Shown piece by piece: positions 47,881-59,002 of a DNA stretch of 64,000 nt. The position numbers were made by a program, and so were the translations under genes. Within the stretch, counting starts at the first letter, position 1. Each line of letters begins with the position of its first letter. Source of the DNA: Ramazzottius varieornatus (Eukaryota > Animalia > Tardigrada); the NCBI GenBank assembly GCA_001949185.1, contig BDGG01000001.1, positions 5,135,624-5,199,623 of the forward strand. Reading direction: 5' to 3'. A model generated the notes under the pieces. It made no database searches and was not told the origin of the DNA. It saw nothing but the letters and a program-made list of their open reading frames with translations.

Positions 47881-50208
47881 ATAGTATTGTCGTAGAGAGC
47901 GTTAAGGAGAAAGGTCAAACCATCATTGTTCCTGTGTTGGTGGAAAAACAGGAGCAGCTGGCACTGGGCGACGGTGGCGCCGGGGCCTCAGTCATTTCTG
48001 GTGACCATACGGCTTTTCTGGGTCTTGAAGTCTCCGAACCCTTACTTACAGTATCGGCTGTCAATGGACAGCGGGTTCTCCTCACTGATCGAGTACAAGT
48101 AGAATTAACACTTTGTGGAAAAAGCCAGATGATTTCTTTGCACGTTATGCAGCACTTCCCTTCCCAAGCTTACGGCGTCATTCTCGGTACGGATGTTCTA
48201 GCGCAGTTTGACGTCATGATCGACGTGGCGAAGAACCGGGTTTTTACTATCAATTTCTCCGAATCCGTGTACGCACCTCATACAGTAATTGTGCCAGCTC
48301 GTACAGCGGTCCAGGTCCTGGTACCCGTAGGTGATCTGGGGTGCGAGGAAGTATCCGTCTCTCCTAACAAGCTTATCCTTCAGACTAAGCTTCTTTCCGC
48401 AGTGAACTGTCTTTCCAAACTGAAAGATGGGTTTCTTCAGGTGCTGATAACTAACTTCTCCCTTCAAGACCAGGTTCTTCCGTCGGGTACTACCATCGGA
48501 ACAATAAAAAAGTTTGACAGTGCTGATGTGATCGAAGATTTTCGAGGATTCGCTATGACGAGTGAGTCTCGCGAGGAGAAGTTCCGTAACGTGAAGCTTT
48601 CCAACGTTCCAGTTCCTGAGGCGACGGCGGAACAGCTACGTGAAGGTGCCGAGCTGTCCCAAGAACAGTTTCAGCTTGTTTCGCAGTTTCTCGAATGGTA
48701 TAAGGATCGAGTCTTCCCGACGAAGGAACGACCTCTTGGTCTCACTGACAGAATGGAGATGAAGATGGACACAAAGGATGCAGTTCCTATCTTTAAATAT
48801 CCGTACCGTACTTCCCAGCAGGAGAAGGAAATTGTTAGGGCAGAAGTCAAAGACATGCTTGCGAAAGGTTTGTTTCAACCTAGCCAAAGTCCATGGGCTT
48901 CCCCGGTGCTTCTTGTAAAGTAGGAAGATGGGTCCGTGAGGTTCTGTGTCGATCACCGCGGTCTCAACGCGGTCACTGAAAGTTTCGTTTATCCTCTACC
49001 CAGGATCGAGGATATCGTAGATCAGCTTGCAGGTTCTACAATTTTCTCCACCCTCGATATGAAGTCGGGATACTTCCAGGTTCCCATGGATAAGGACTCT
49101 ATGGCGAAGACAGCTTTCATCGCTAATGGAGGTCTTTACGAGTTTACCGTTATGCCTTTTGGAGTAGTGACGCTCCCCGTTACTACCAGTGGATGATGAA
49201 TATCATCCTTTCAGGCTTGCTTTGGCAGTTATGTGCTTGTTACATTGATAACATAGTCGTGTGGAGCCGCGATTTTCACACTCATCTTCGGGACCTCACT
49301 TCCGTTTTTGATCGTATCGTGGATGCAAATCTTGTACTAAACCCAGTCAAATGTCGGCTCTTTCAATCAGAAATAAATCAACTCGGTTTTACGATCAATA
49401 GTGAGGGTGTCAAGCCGACAACGAAAGGTATCGATCCGATCCTCAAATTTCCTGTTCCTACCGCCATCGATAATTTGAGATCCTTCCTAGGAAAAACTGT
49501 GTACTATCGAAAGCATATTCCCGGTTATTCCGATATAACCGAGCCTTTGCATCAGCTACTGAGGTCAAAGAATGGTAAGTAAGTTCCTTTCGACTGGAAG
49601 GAACCACAACAATATGCGTTCGACAGGTTAAAGTCTATATTGACTTCTCCTCCGCTTTTACGTCATTTCGACACAAACTTGCCCACAGATTCACACGGAC
49701 GCTTCTGAATATGGCGTGGGATGCGTCATTGAGCTACGGCATCCAAATGAACCGTTAGAGCGTGTGGTAGCTTATGGTTCTAAGATGCTTAACGAGACAC
49801 AGGAGCTGGAGCGCTACGGAGAGGGAAGCTTACGCTGTGTATTGGACCTGTATGGAGTTTAGGCCTTACTTGCTGGGAAGAACAGTGAAGGTCGTTACGG
49901 ATCACCACGCACTTTGCTGGTTGTTCTCAAAGCATACGGTTAACAAACGTCTTACGAATTGGGCCCTTAGTTTGCAAGAATATCAATTAGAGGTCTTTTA
50001 CCGTAGCGGTAAGCGTCACGAGGACACCGACTTCCTGTCCAGGAACCCAATAGATCCACCATCCGAAATTGAGGATAGGATCGTCATGATGTTTGAGCCA
50101 ATCGAGATTAAAAGGCTTTAGAGCGAGGATGCAACTTTATGTGCTAAGATTCTAGGAATTCTTGAGCGCAATGTAGCGGAAATAGGTCCAAAAGACGCTA
50201 AAGCAGTA

Positions 50209-51580
50209 CTGTAACCCTTCTAACATCTTTAGTACGTCACTCAAGTTAAATCTACATGTCGCGAAAAAAGAGAGTTTGCAGTGCTTCAAGCACGCCTACC
50301 ACAGTGATCTCACAGTTACGTCAGATCTGACAATAGACTGCTGAAATGAGCTAATTTCCAGTTTCCAAATTCCGAATGCGTTTTGAGAATCCCGGTTCAC
50401 CACTGATCCTTGTTTCCTCATTCCAACACTTCAGTGTCGACCAACAGTGCTTCTACAGTATCCATGATGGGGAAGGTGCGAAAGACGTCATATATCGAGA
50501 TTAGGAAGAGAAAGAGGATTGTGCAGGAGAAACCGACGTTAGGTCAGAAGGCCTTGATTATCTTCAAGAGAGAAGTGCAACAGGTAATTTTTGTACAGTA
50601 CATGAAATTATGCCGTATCCTACGCACTGGATACTGTTCCCGAATTGAGTGGTTCTTGCTGGTTTTTAGGCATCGTTCCAGCAGATTGCTGACGAGTGTG
50701 GTCTATCGGTATACGGTGTGATAGGGATTTGTCAGAAGAAAGAAGAGATCAGATTCGCGCTGGCGAATGGCGCAAACCCGAACCGGAAAACGACAAAAGT
50801 CAACTTGCAGTTTCCGCAGATTGACGAACAGTGTCTGAAATTCTTAAAAATGGCTCGCGAGAAACGAATCCCAGTTCGCCCAGTTTTCCTCATGAGCGTC
50901 GCTACGTTTGTTGCGTCGACTTTAGCAATTGCCGACTTTCGATGCNNNNNNNNNNNNNNNNNNNNNNNNNNNNNNNNNNNNNNNNNNNNNNNNNNAGTGG
51001 ACAATTTTTCTGGACACAACGTCGCTTCTCGTCCCAACATAGAGCTACGGTTTTTGCCGCCTAACTGTACCGCAAAAGCGCAGCCATGCGATGCGGGCAT
51101 TATAAAATGTCTGAAAGACGAGTACAAAAAGTTTCTTTATAAACGAGTGTTCACAAATATGCAGCATGTAAGCAACGTTGAAAGTTTTGTGAAAGGCCTG
51201 ACGATTTTCGATGCAGTGGATTGGCTGGTAGAAGCGTGGAAACTCGTGAAGCCGTCGACTATTGTTAACTGCTTTCATAAGTGCAAGATTGTAGATGAGC
51301 TGTGGATGGATGTGCCAGTTGAAGAACCGTCGGAAACTGAGCTGATACAGATTTCTCAATTTGCAGAAAATGTGGTTGGCTTCGACGATGATGTAAGCTG
51401 AACACTTTTTTACTTCCCGTCATTTCTCTCTACTCGGCTGATACTTCCATGTTTCCAACGTTCTTTATCTGTTGCTGAGGTTGCTCTGACGTAACTGTAA
51501 TCTGACCAAGCGGTTGCCTTCGTAATGCTTCTCTTAAGCAAAAGACCAGTGACGTACTAAAGATGTTAGAAGGGTTACAG
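50209..51580 (+). mobile_element. pogo/Tigger-like DNA transposon nested in pol
   Basis: Perfect 33-bp TIRs CTGTAACCCTTCTAACATCTTTAGTACGTCACT, TA TSD (50207-8, 51581-2), CENP-B HTH and DDE_1 (VDNFSGH, FLPPNCT..QPCDAGII). Removing it restores the pol frame (AKAV|KRFKL). Confidence 0.95.
50946..50995. other. Assembly gap (50 N)
   Basis: N run inside the pogo transposase. The DDE N-terminal half is missing there, so the true gap is probably larger. Confidence 1.
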
Positions 51581-53222
51581 TAAAGCGTTTCAAGTTGATC
51601 GACGGGGTTCCCTGCCGCGAGTTTCTCAGAGAGGATACAGTGCATGATTTACTTTGCGTACCGAAGCTTCTGCGATTCGAGGTTCTTCAGGCGTGTCATG
51701 ATGACAAGCTTTCTGGCCATTCTGGTTTTCGAACGACTTGGGACCTCGTCAAAAACAGATTCTTTTGGCCCGGCGTGTTTACGTTTGTGAAGCATCACGT
51801 TCGGTCTTGTGTTTCGTGCCAAACGCGAAACATTCCGACGCAGGCGGAAGCAGGACTACTCCAACAGGTAGCAATCAAATCGGTGCCGTTTCATCGAGTC
51901 TCAGTTGACCTCATGGGCCCCCTTCCCTGGTCAACAAACAAGAAACGATACATTATCGTTGTAACTGATCAGTTCAGTAAGTTCGTCATCACTGGTTCCT
52001 TACGCACAAAGGAGGCCGAGGAGGTTGCCAGGTTCATGATCGAGCATGTCTTTCTCATTCATTCATTTCCGTTGGAAATGTTGAGCGATAATGGTTCAGA
52101 ATTCAACAACAGGATAGTTGAGGCTGTTTTGAAAATCTTAAACATCAAACACCTCCATTTTTCCTTCTACTGGGCACCGGGGAACGGGCAGGTAGAGCGA
52201 GCGAATCAGACATTTCAAAGGTCAATCGCTAAGTACATCGACGATAAGCATAAAGACTGGCACCTTATTCTTCCGTTTGTGACACATGCATACAACACCA
52301 CAGTGCATGAGCTGACAAAGATGAGTCCTTTCTACATGCTCTTTTTCCGAAATCCTCGCCTGATCGCGGACCTTCAACTTCCGACTCAAGTTTCTGATAC
52401 TTTCGTCGACTCATTTGCAGATCGCGTTGAAATCATGAAAGTAACAGTTCAGGCTAGGGTCGAACAACAGCAGGACCATGCGGTGAATTACTTCAACGCC
52501 ACTCACAGGTTTGTTGAATACCCTATTGGAGCATTAGTCTTGCTGTACAATCCCACGGTGAAGAAAGGTAATGCTAAAAAGTTTACACATCCATATCGAG
52601 GTCCTTATAAGGTAGTAGAACGCCCATCGGTAGTGAACTACGTCGATACACGTCGGGGCAAATACAGACGAGAACTGACTTACGTCAATCGAATGAAGCC
52701 GTTTGAAGACAGGCAGGATCTTGTTTTCTCGGAAGGCGCCTCTTCAGAAGACGAGTCGGAGGATGAATCCGACTATGAGGTCTACATGCCAAAAGCAAGC
52801 GGAACTACCGTTCGCCTGACTTTGCCAAAACAGGATGGTGCGGTATCTCAGCTTCCCGCTGTTGGGTGCCCATCTGCTTCGTCCCTCGTTTTTCCATTTG
52901 TGTCACCAGGTTCAAACGTTCCTTCGACCTCGCAGTGCGCGCCGCCTGTCTCACTTCATCGGTCGATGTCTAATTCTCAGTTTGCCGTGCGTCCCTCTGT
53001 CTCTCCGAGTGCGTCCACTCCTCCTCGTGTGTCACCGCCACTCCATGTTGAGCTTCCCGAGGAAGTTCAGCATGAGGTTAGCTTCGTCCTTCTTGTGTTC
53101 CCACCTGCAGGTCCTGACGACGCAGGTAGTAATCTTGGTCTGTACTACGACGCTAATAACCTGAGGCGTTCGTAAAGAGCGCCCACCTTAAATTCTAAGT
53201 ATTACAACTTCGTGTAAACAAT

Positions 53223-56001
53223 ATGCAGGTTGATCGGGTGCGCAGTCAGGACGTTCGGGTGCATCAGCATCCAGTCAATGCGATGGTACTGCCATGCACT
53301 GATCCAACCGTTGTGTCACTCAGATACAACGAGGATGTAAACGGCAATCATCCCGTTATCATCAGCGCTCTTTTAGATACGGGGTCGGGCATTAGTATCA
53401 TGACGAAGGCGGTTGATGAACGGCTGGGCATCGAAATGCAACGTCCATTCATTCAAGACGCGCGTACGATCGGCGGTCTGGTTCCTATCATTGGCCACGT
53501 CGAGGTTAACGTTCGAATTTTCGGCTCTCGCTCTCGTAACAGCTCGTTCCACGTGGTCGAAGAATTTCAGTCGGATCTGTATGAAGTGATTATGGGTGGC
53601 AGTACAATGCGCAGTCTGAGGGTTTGTATCGACACGTACGAGAAAATAATTTACGAGAGCGGGTGCCGGGAGGGACTCTATACTGAGGACACCGTCCTTC
53701 TGTACCCTAAAGAGGTACGACAGCTCATTTTGCCGGTTGACGTTCCCTTCAAACACGTCGGCCTTGAGCTGGAGCAGGACTTGGTCGAACAGGGCGTCGC
53801 TCTTATCGATCGGGTACTCCAGGTCGCTCACCAAACGGTGACGCTCACGTTGAGTAATCCCACGGCAGACACCATTCTGCTAGACGAGGATACGAAGTTG
53901 GCTAGTCTGTATCGCGTTAATCGAGAAGATTTCCTTCATGAGCGTTACGTGCCGCGCCCTGCTGTGCCGGGCTGGTGCGCCCATGAGTTCTCTAGGGTTC
54001 ATCTGGACAGTCCGGACGAGCCGACTATCAATGCTATTATCTCCCCATCCGTGGCAGACGGGGCTCCCTCCCATAAACGGGTGCGTACTTCACCAGTACG
54101 GTCCTGGCTGTTGGCCGCACTCGTCCTTTTCTATCTGACTACGAGTGTGCTTGTTGGCGCTACTACAGTGTGCAACTGTACAGCCGCGCCCACGGTGGGC
54201 GTGGTCGACTATTCCGACTACGCTCGTTGTCCCAATCTCACGGCCTCACAGGCGGTTACGCAGGACGTGGCGTACACCAGCTACGTTACTGCGGCCGCTA
54301 GTCGAACGTTTAAGGGACATGCGTGTTCCATGTAGCGAAAGGAGTTAACAAAATACATGGGATTTTGGCGTTCGGTGACGGAGACATTGAAATCTGCGCC
54401 TTCCGATGTCGGGCCAGTTCAGTGTTGGAATCTGGTACAAACAGGGTCTTGTTTGGGTCATGAAACGGGAGGGGCAGGTTTCCCGACATAACAGTGAGCC
54501 GTACGGTGATGCGCTGTGGATGCAGTCCATGACGTACACCGTTACAAATTGTCTGGTGGAAGAAGTGACTTTCGAACAAGCTTGCACCACCTGTCCGGTG
54601 GTAACGGCTAATGGTCAGTTGGGTTCGGCGTACGTGGACGGCGCGGGAATCCGCGGCCACGTAAGCTATATCTGGCCGGTCGATGACATTTTCGCTGATA
54701 AGTCTTGTTCCCATCGTAAGATCTATGAAGGACCTGCAGTAATGCCGTTCACGCAAACTGTCGAAATAATCCGTGACTCGAAACGTCAGAAAGATTTCAT
54801 TCTTGACGAAAACGACACTGAGATTTGTGCAGTCGCCGGGGCGAAAATAACGGACCCTGGTCTCCGATTGATAAAGGTGGTGGGCGAACCAGATATTCGA
54901 ATTGCTTTTGAGGGTGTAAAAGCTTTCCCCATCAAACCGCGAAAACGTATGGTCTCATACTCGAAAGAAAGTGAGACCGTAGTCAGTCGCATAGATAAAG
55001 CTCAGTCTCACTTGCAGTGGTTAGAAGACCGCGAAACATACCGTGATAATCGTCGGATCGACGAAAACGGAATGACTCACTGTAGGATGCGTTCCCTCCG
55101 ACTTTCCCTCATGTTCTCTCTCAGTCAACAATCCGGCATTCTTGCGGGACGGGTCGCAAATTACCCGAAGTGTGCTCTCCTTGATATGCATGGCGTCACT
55201 GGCATCGTACTCCAGTGTCGGGCCGTCAATACTTCCTTTGGGGTAGAAATGACCAAGTGTGGGGCTCAGCCGGTCTTTCAGTCGAACGACCGGAAGTATA
55301 CTGTTGGTCGCGATGGTTGGACCATGCAAACGTTTTCTCCATGTATTTGGTCTGGGTCTATGGTGAGCTTCAATGGGGTTACGTCTCAGTATCATGATGG
55401 TGCGTGGGTCCCCATGAATGTGACAACCACGATGTGTCATTATGACGCAATGGCTCAGTACAATTATACCGCAGATCAGAGTTATGCGTTTTTCCACGGT
55501 CTGGAAACCCAAGAAATTCAGCCCATGAACCTAATGGGGGAGCTCTCTGGTCTTCTTTGTGAAGACTCTGTACAGGTTCTGGATGACGTTCTCCAGCAGG
55601 AAAAGGACGTCAATCTTTGGAATCTGAATTTGGGCGTGTTCGATGCAATCAAGTCTGCGTTCTTCGTGGTGTTTTGTCTGTTTCTGGTAATAGTGGTCGT
55701 CTACGCGGGGCACCGGACTGGGTGTTTTAAGTGCTGTGGGGTTTTCTGCAAATGTTGTTGTTCGTTGTTTACTCGGGAGAAAAAACTCAATCGCCCTGCG
55801 GTAAGTACCACCGAGAACCAGTACTCGTCCTACGCCTATAACCCGGCTAACGATGTGCTGATTCCGATGACCAACCAGCCATTCCAGTTGGACTACGTGG
55901 CGAACCAGGATGTCGTTCTGCCACTCACCGGAACCATCTACACTGCAGGAAGTATGCCGCCCGCTGGAGCTCCTCGACGAGTTACTCTTCGCCGTTCATG
56001 A
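53223..56001 (+). pseudogene. env: ORF3: second retropepsin + internal signal peptide + class III-like envelope glycoprotein
   Basis: LLDTGSG (53376), IMGG, hydrophobic signal 54096-54161, Cys-rich ectodomain, TM 55657-55710 and a Cys cluster. One stop (54333) and one frameshift (~54458). Confidence 0.8.
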
Positions 56002-56401
56002 GGTAAGTAACATAGGTAAGTGACTTACCTCATTACCCTCATATTTCCTCCATTATTTTATTGCCTTACTAATGAGACCACCAGGTCCACCTTGTATTAT
56101 GCTCTTCCAGCTGTTCCACCTACAGTTCCTTTTTCCATTTCAAACCTCCGTAGCCATTTCCTCATCCTAGCAATAACATCCGCAGGGTGAGGTTTCCTGC
56201 GGCTGCGGACCATTTTTCCACTTTTCGACGACAGCCCTCTGTTTTCTGTTTTTCACTGTTAGGATTAGCCCAGTATTGGTTTGGATGGACTTTCGCGTTT
56301 TGTTATTATTTCATTTTTTTTATTAATTAGTCTTTTTCGTCATCATCGCCACCATCGCCACCATCGCCATCGTCAGGATCATGGAGACCATGATGTCGTT
56401 T

Positions 56402-56410
56402 GGGAGAGGG
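56402..56410 (+). promoter_or_regulatory. Polypurine tract
   Basis: GGGAGAGGG lies 3 nt before the 3' LTR. Confidence 0.8.
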
Positions 56411-56413
56411 TAC

Positions 56414-56731
56414 TGTGAGGAGCATCGGGCGTGGCAGGCTAATTTAACTGGCCAGACCCATGGTTTGGTCCGGCCCTTCTTACTTTAGTATTGAGTTAGC
56501 TTAGCTTGGCAGCGTCAGGCCTTGTGCCGAACGTCGGGTAGTTTTTTGGGTGGTCGTTCTGCATAGCTTGGAGTAATACAGCTCTGTCGTCGACTACGGT
56601 CTGGTGTTGCGCGTTTTTGGAATTTATTCGGTAACTCGGGATCAGGGAAAGTCCAGAGCTAGGTTAGATTTAGCGAAGGGAGTCTAGCCTAGTGTGTTGT
56701 GGCGTCTTGTAGCGAGGCTAGGAGCGTCACA
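56414..56731 (+). repeat. 3' LTR
   Basis: TGT...ACA ends; direct repeat of the 5' LTR. Confidence 0.95.
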
Positions 56732-56965
56732 CTTCAACTTCTTCTTCCCCTCCAGTATATGCTTGCGGTGCTACAGCCACATTAGTGCTTCCATAGCGCA
56801 TGCCGGTCGGGTTGATCTGGACGCTTGGTGGTGCTTTTTTGCAGAACTTGAGATGCGCAGTTAGCCGATCCGTCTTTGGAGTCCCGATAATCTCGCCACA
56901 GTATTTACATTCATGAGGACAATTTTTATTGATTTGGATGGTTTGCTTGTGAAAGTGAGTGAACG
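56732..56965 (-). pseudogene. BED-type zinc finger fragment at the Gypsy insertion site
   Basis: FTHFHKQ...ECKYCGEII..DRLTAHLKFC, with no in-frame start. Confidence 0.45.
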
Positions 56966-57396
56966 ATTATTATCCACCATTTTGTCGTCACGTAAAATCT
57001 GAAACCGCGGTACATTCTTTCGGGGAATCTGCATGTCTAATTTTGTGTTTCTTCGTATCGAACTTTCCTTCTTGGAACTTCAATCTTTCTAACCATCTGT
57101 ACCCGTGTGCTAAACATGCTCGTTTCAATTATCTACTTTGCGGGCTGATAGATGTGGCCTTAAAGCCACTAACGAAGGAAGATCTGTTACACAAGCGCTC
57201 CAGAGGGGTGCACCACCGGCTAGTGACCGATACAGGATAAGGCCAGCGTGGCAGCTTCCACTGATGGACTTGTGAGTTTCGCCTTGCGAACTTTAGTCTG
57301 TTGAATTTCTTCTTGCTGATCTTTACCGTCTGCATGATACTCTTCCCATAAGAGTCTATCTTTCTTTCCCATTATTTTCAGCAAACAAGTCGCAAA

Positions 57397-57996
57397 ATGT
57401 TCAAAGCCGCGTTTGATTGCTTCTTCATGCTCGCTGCTCCCATGGACGCTATTCTGGGACCACTCCTCGGCACTGTCCAAGGATTACTTCCAGCTGTGTT
57501 GGCCTATGTCGCGCCCTTTGTCAAGGAAATTCGAGACGTGAGTAATGGTCCTTGACTTATAATGAGTAGTTTTCCTCGCGTACACCATTGACTGAATTTT
57601 TCGGACTGCTTCTTTATATGGATACATTTGTAGGTTGTGAATAACTACCACGTGACCAAGCAAATCTCTCACGAACAGGCCGATGTCCAAATTGTCGAGT
57701 ACGCGAAGGACTTTTACGCGGCCATGGACCAGAAGTGCTACAAGGAGAAGGTTCCAATGGAAGAAGAGATCCAGTACCTCAACATTGCTGTCGGCGCTGT
57801 GGTCGTTCTGATGGTGATCAAAGGTACGTGCCTGCTTTATGCGTTCTGCAGTTACGTGTATAATTCTTATCGCTTTCGCTAGAATAATTATGGTGGCACT
57901 CTTGCAGGCATCCGCTTCGTCTTGTTCCTCAATAAGGATCGCCTCAACCACCGGGAAGTGATGGTCGCTCTGCGTGCTCAGCCGAATACCGCCTAA
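57397..57996 (+). CDS. Small orphan membrane protein (139 aa, 3 coding exons)
   Basis: Exons 57397-57537, 57634-57823 and 57908-57996 join in frame with canonical GT-AG sites. Hydrophobic N-terminus, C-terminal TM, AATAAA at 58205. Confidence 0.75.
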
Positions 57997-59002
57997 CCTT
58001 TGTTCGAGCAGTATACACGTTCAAGCCGTACTTTCTACAGTACTCTGTCTGTCTCTGTTCAGCTTTACTTACTCTGGCTTGTCTCATGTACAATTCTTTG
58101 TTGGCCAACTCACAGTACAGACGGGTTGAATGTTCATCAACTGCGCTGCTTATGGCATTGAATGTGAACAGCCATGAATACTTGAGACGCAGCAGTTCTT
58201 AATTAATAAAAATCAAAAATCTCCACATTTGCATAATTTTAGGGAAAAACAGTGTCATTCAAGGGTTTTTTTCTTCCCAAGGGCGACGAAATTTCAACGT
58301 CTTTTTGCCGGCTTCTTTGTGTGCGGCCTTTTGCGGCATTTCAGAGTTCGATGCAGCTTTTTTTTCTCTACAAGATAGGCTCAGAAAAGCACATTTCGGA
58401 ATTTTCGCATGATTTAGGGTTTCTACTTGACAGTACCCAAGTGTAAGATGGTCGAAGAGAAGTGGAGTGAAAACCAGTCAGAAGAAACTGCGGAAGTCAC
58501 TAGTCCAGCACATTCTTCTGCTTTGTCGGTTGTCTGCGAGTCTTGCGAGTTTTGATGACGATGTGTTGTAGATACTGCAGTGTAGTGTTGATTTTACCTC
58601 TTAAAACTTGTGTTTCCTTGTGATTGTTCCGTTCTTGCTGTGCAAATTTTTGTGTAAAATGACGTAGTAAACTGACGTAGAGCGAAAGCTGCCTGTTCGC
58701 TTCGCAAACTCTTTAACAAAAGTATCGCCTGTGACGTAGGGAAATTACTGGAGAGAATACAGTATAGTCTTTGGAGGCCGTTGATGACCTGTGATTTTGA
58801 CGTGCCGGCAATTTCAAACGGCAATCGCCGATTGAGCGAAGAAGTTTGGTGTTGCTGATTCGACAACGAGAGATTGGATTCTTACGCAAGCGAGCTTGCA
58901 CACGTTAGTGTTACCAAGCAGCTGTTTAACCTGCTACTGTGTCGAGTTTCTTGGCTGTTCGTATGCGGTTGTCGTCTCTTTTTGAGGCTCGTTTTGCACA
59001 AA

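Larger units (their letters stand above)
47881..53217 (+). pseudogene. pol: pol: protease, RT, RNase H, integrase (interrupted by a pogo insertion)
   Basis: LGDGGA and ILGTD; SPWASP, RFCVD, LDMKSGYFQ, MPFG, YIDN; TDAS, TDHHAL; HHCC, D-D35E and GPY. Stops at 48921, 49580, 50119 and 53173, plus frameshifts. Confidence 0.95.
44885..56731 (+). mobile_element. Gypsy (Metaviridae) LTR retrotransposon with an env-like third ORF; decayed copy
   Basis: Two LTRs, PBS, PPT, gag-PR-RT-RH-IN order, GPY motif, and an extra ORF at 53223-56001. Confidence 0.95.

Noticed and set aside
48921-48923. Programmed stop-codon readthrough in pol
   Set aside because: The TAG replaces a conserved Lys inside RT (VKK.DG) and is one of many lesions, so decay is the simpler explanation.
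53077-53110. Short intron fusing integrase to the second protease
   Set aside because: It is only 34 nt and splicing does not enter the ORF3 frame. The acceptor at 53110 could still serve a subgenomic RNA, but the sequence alone cannot show this.
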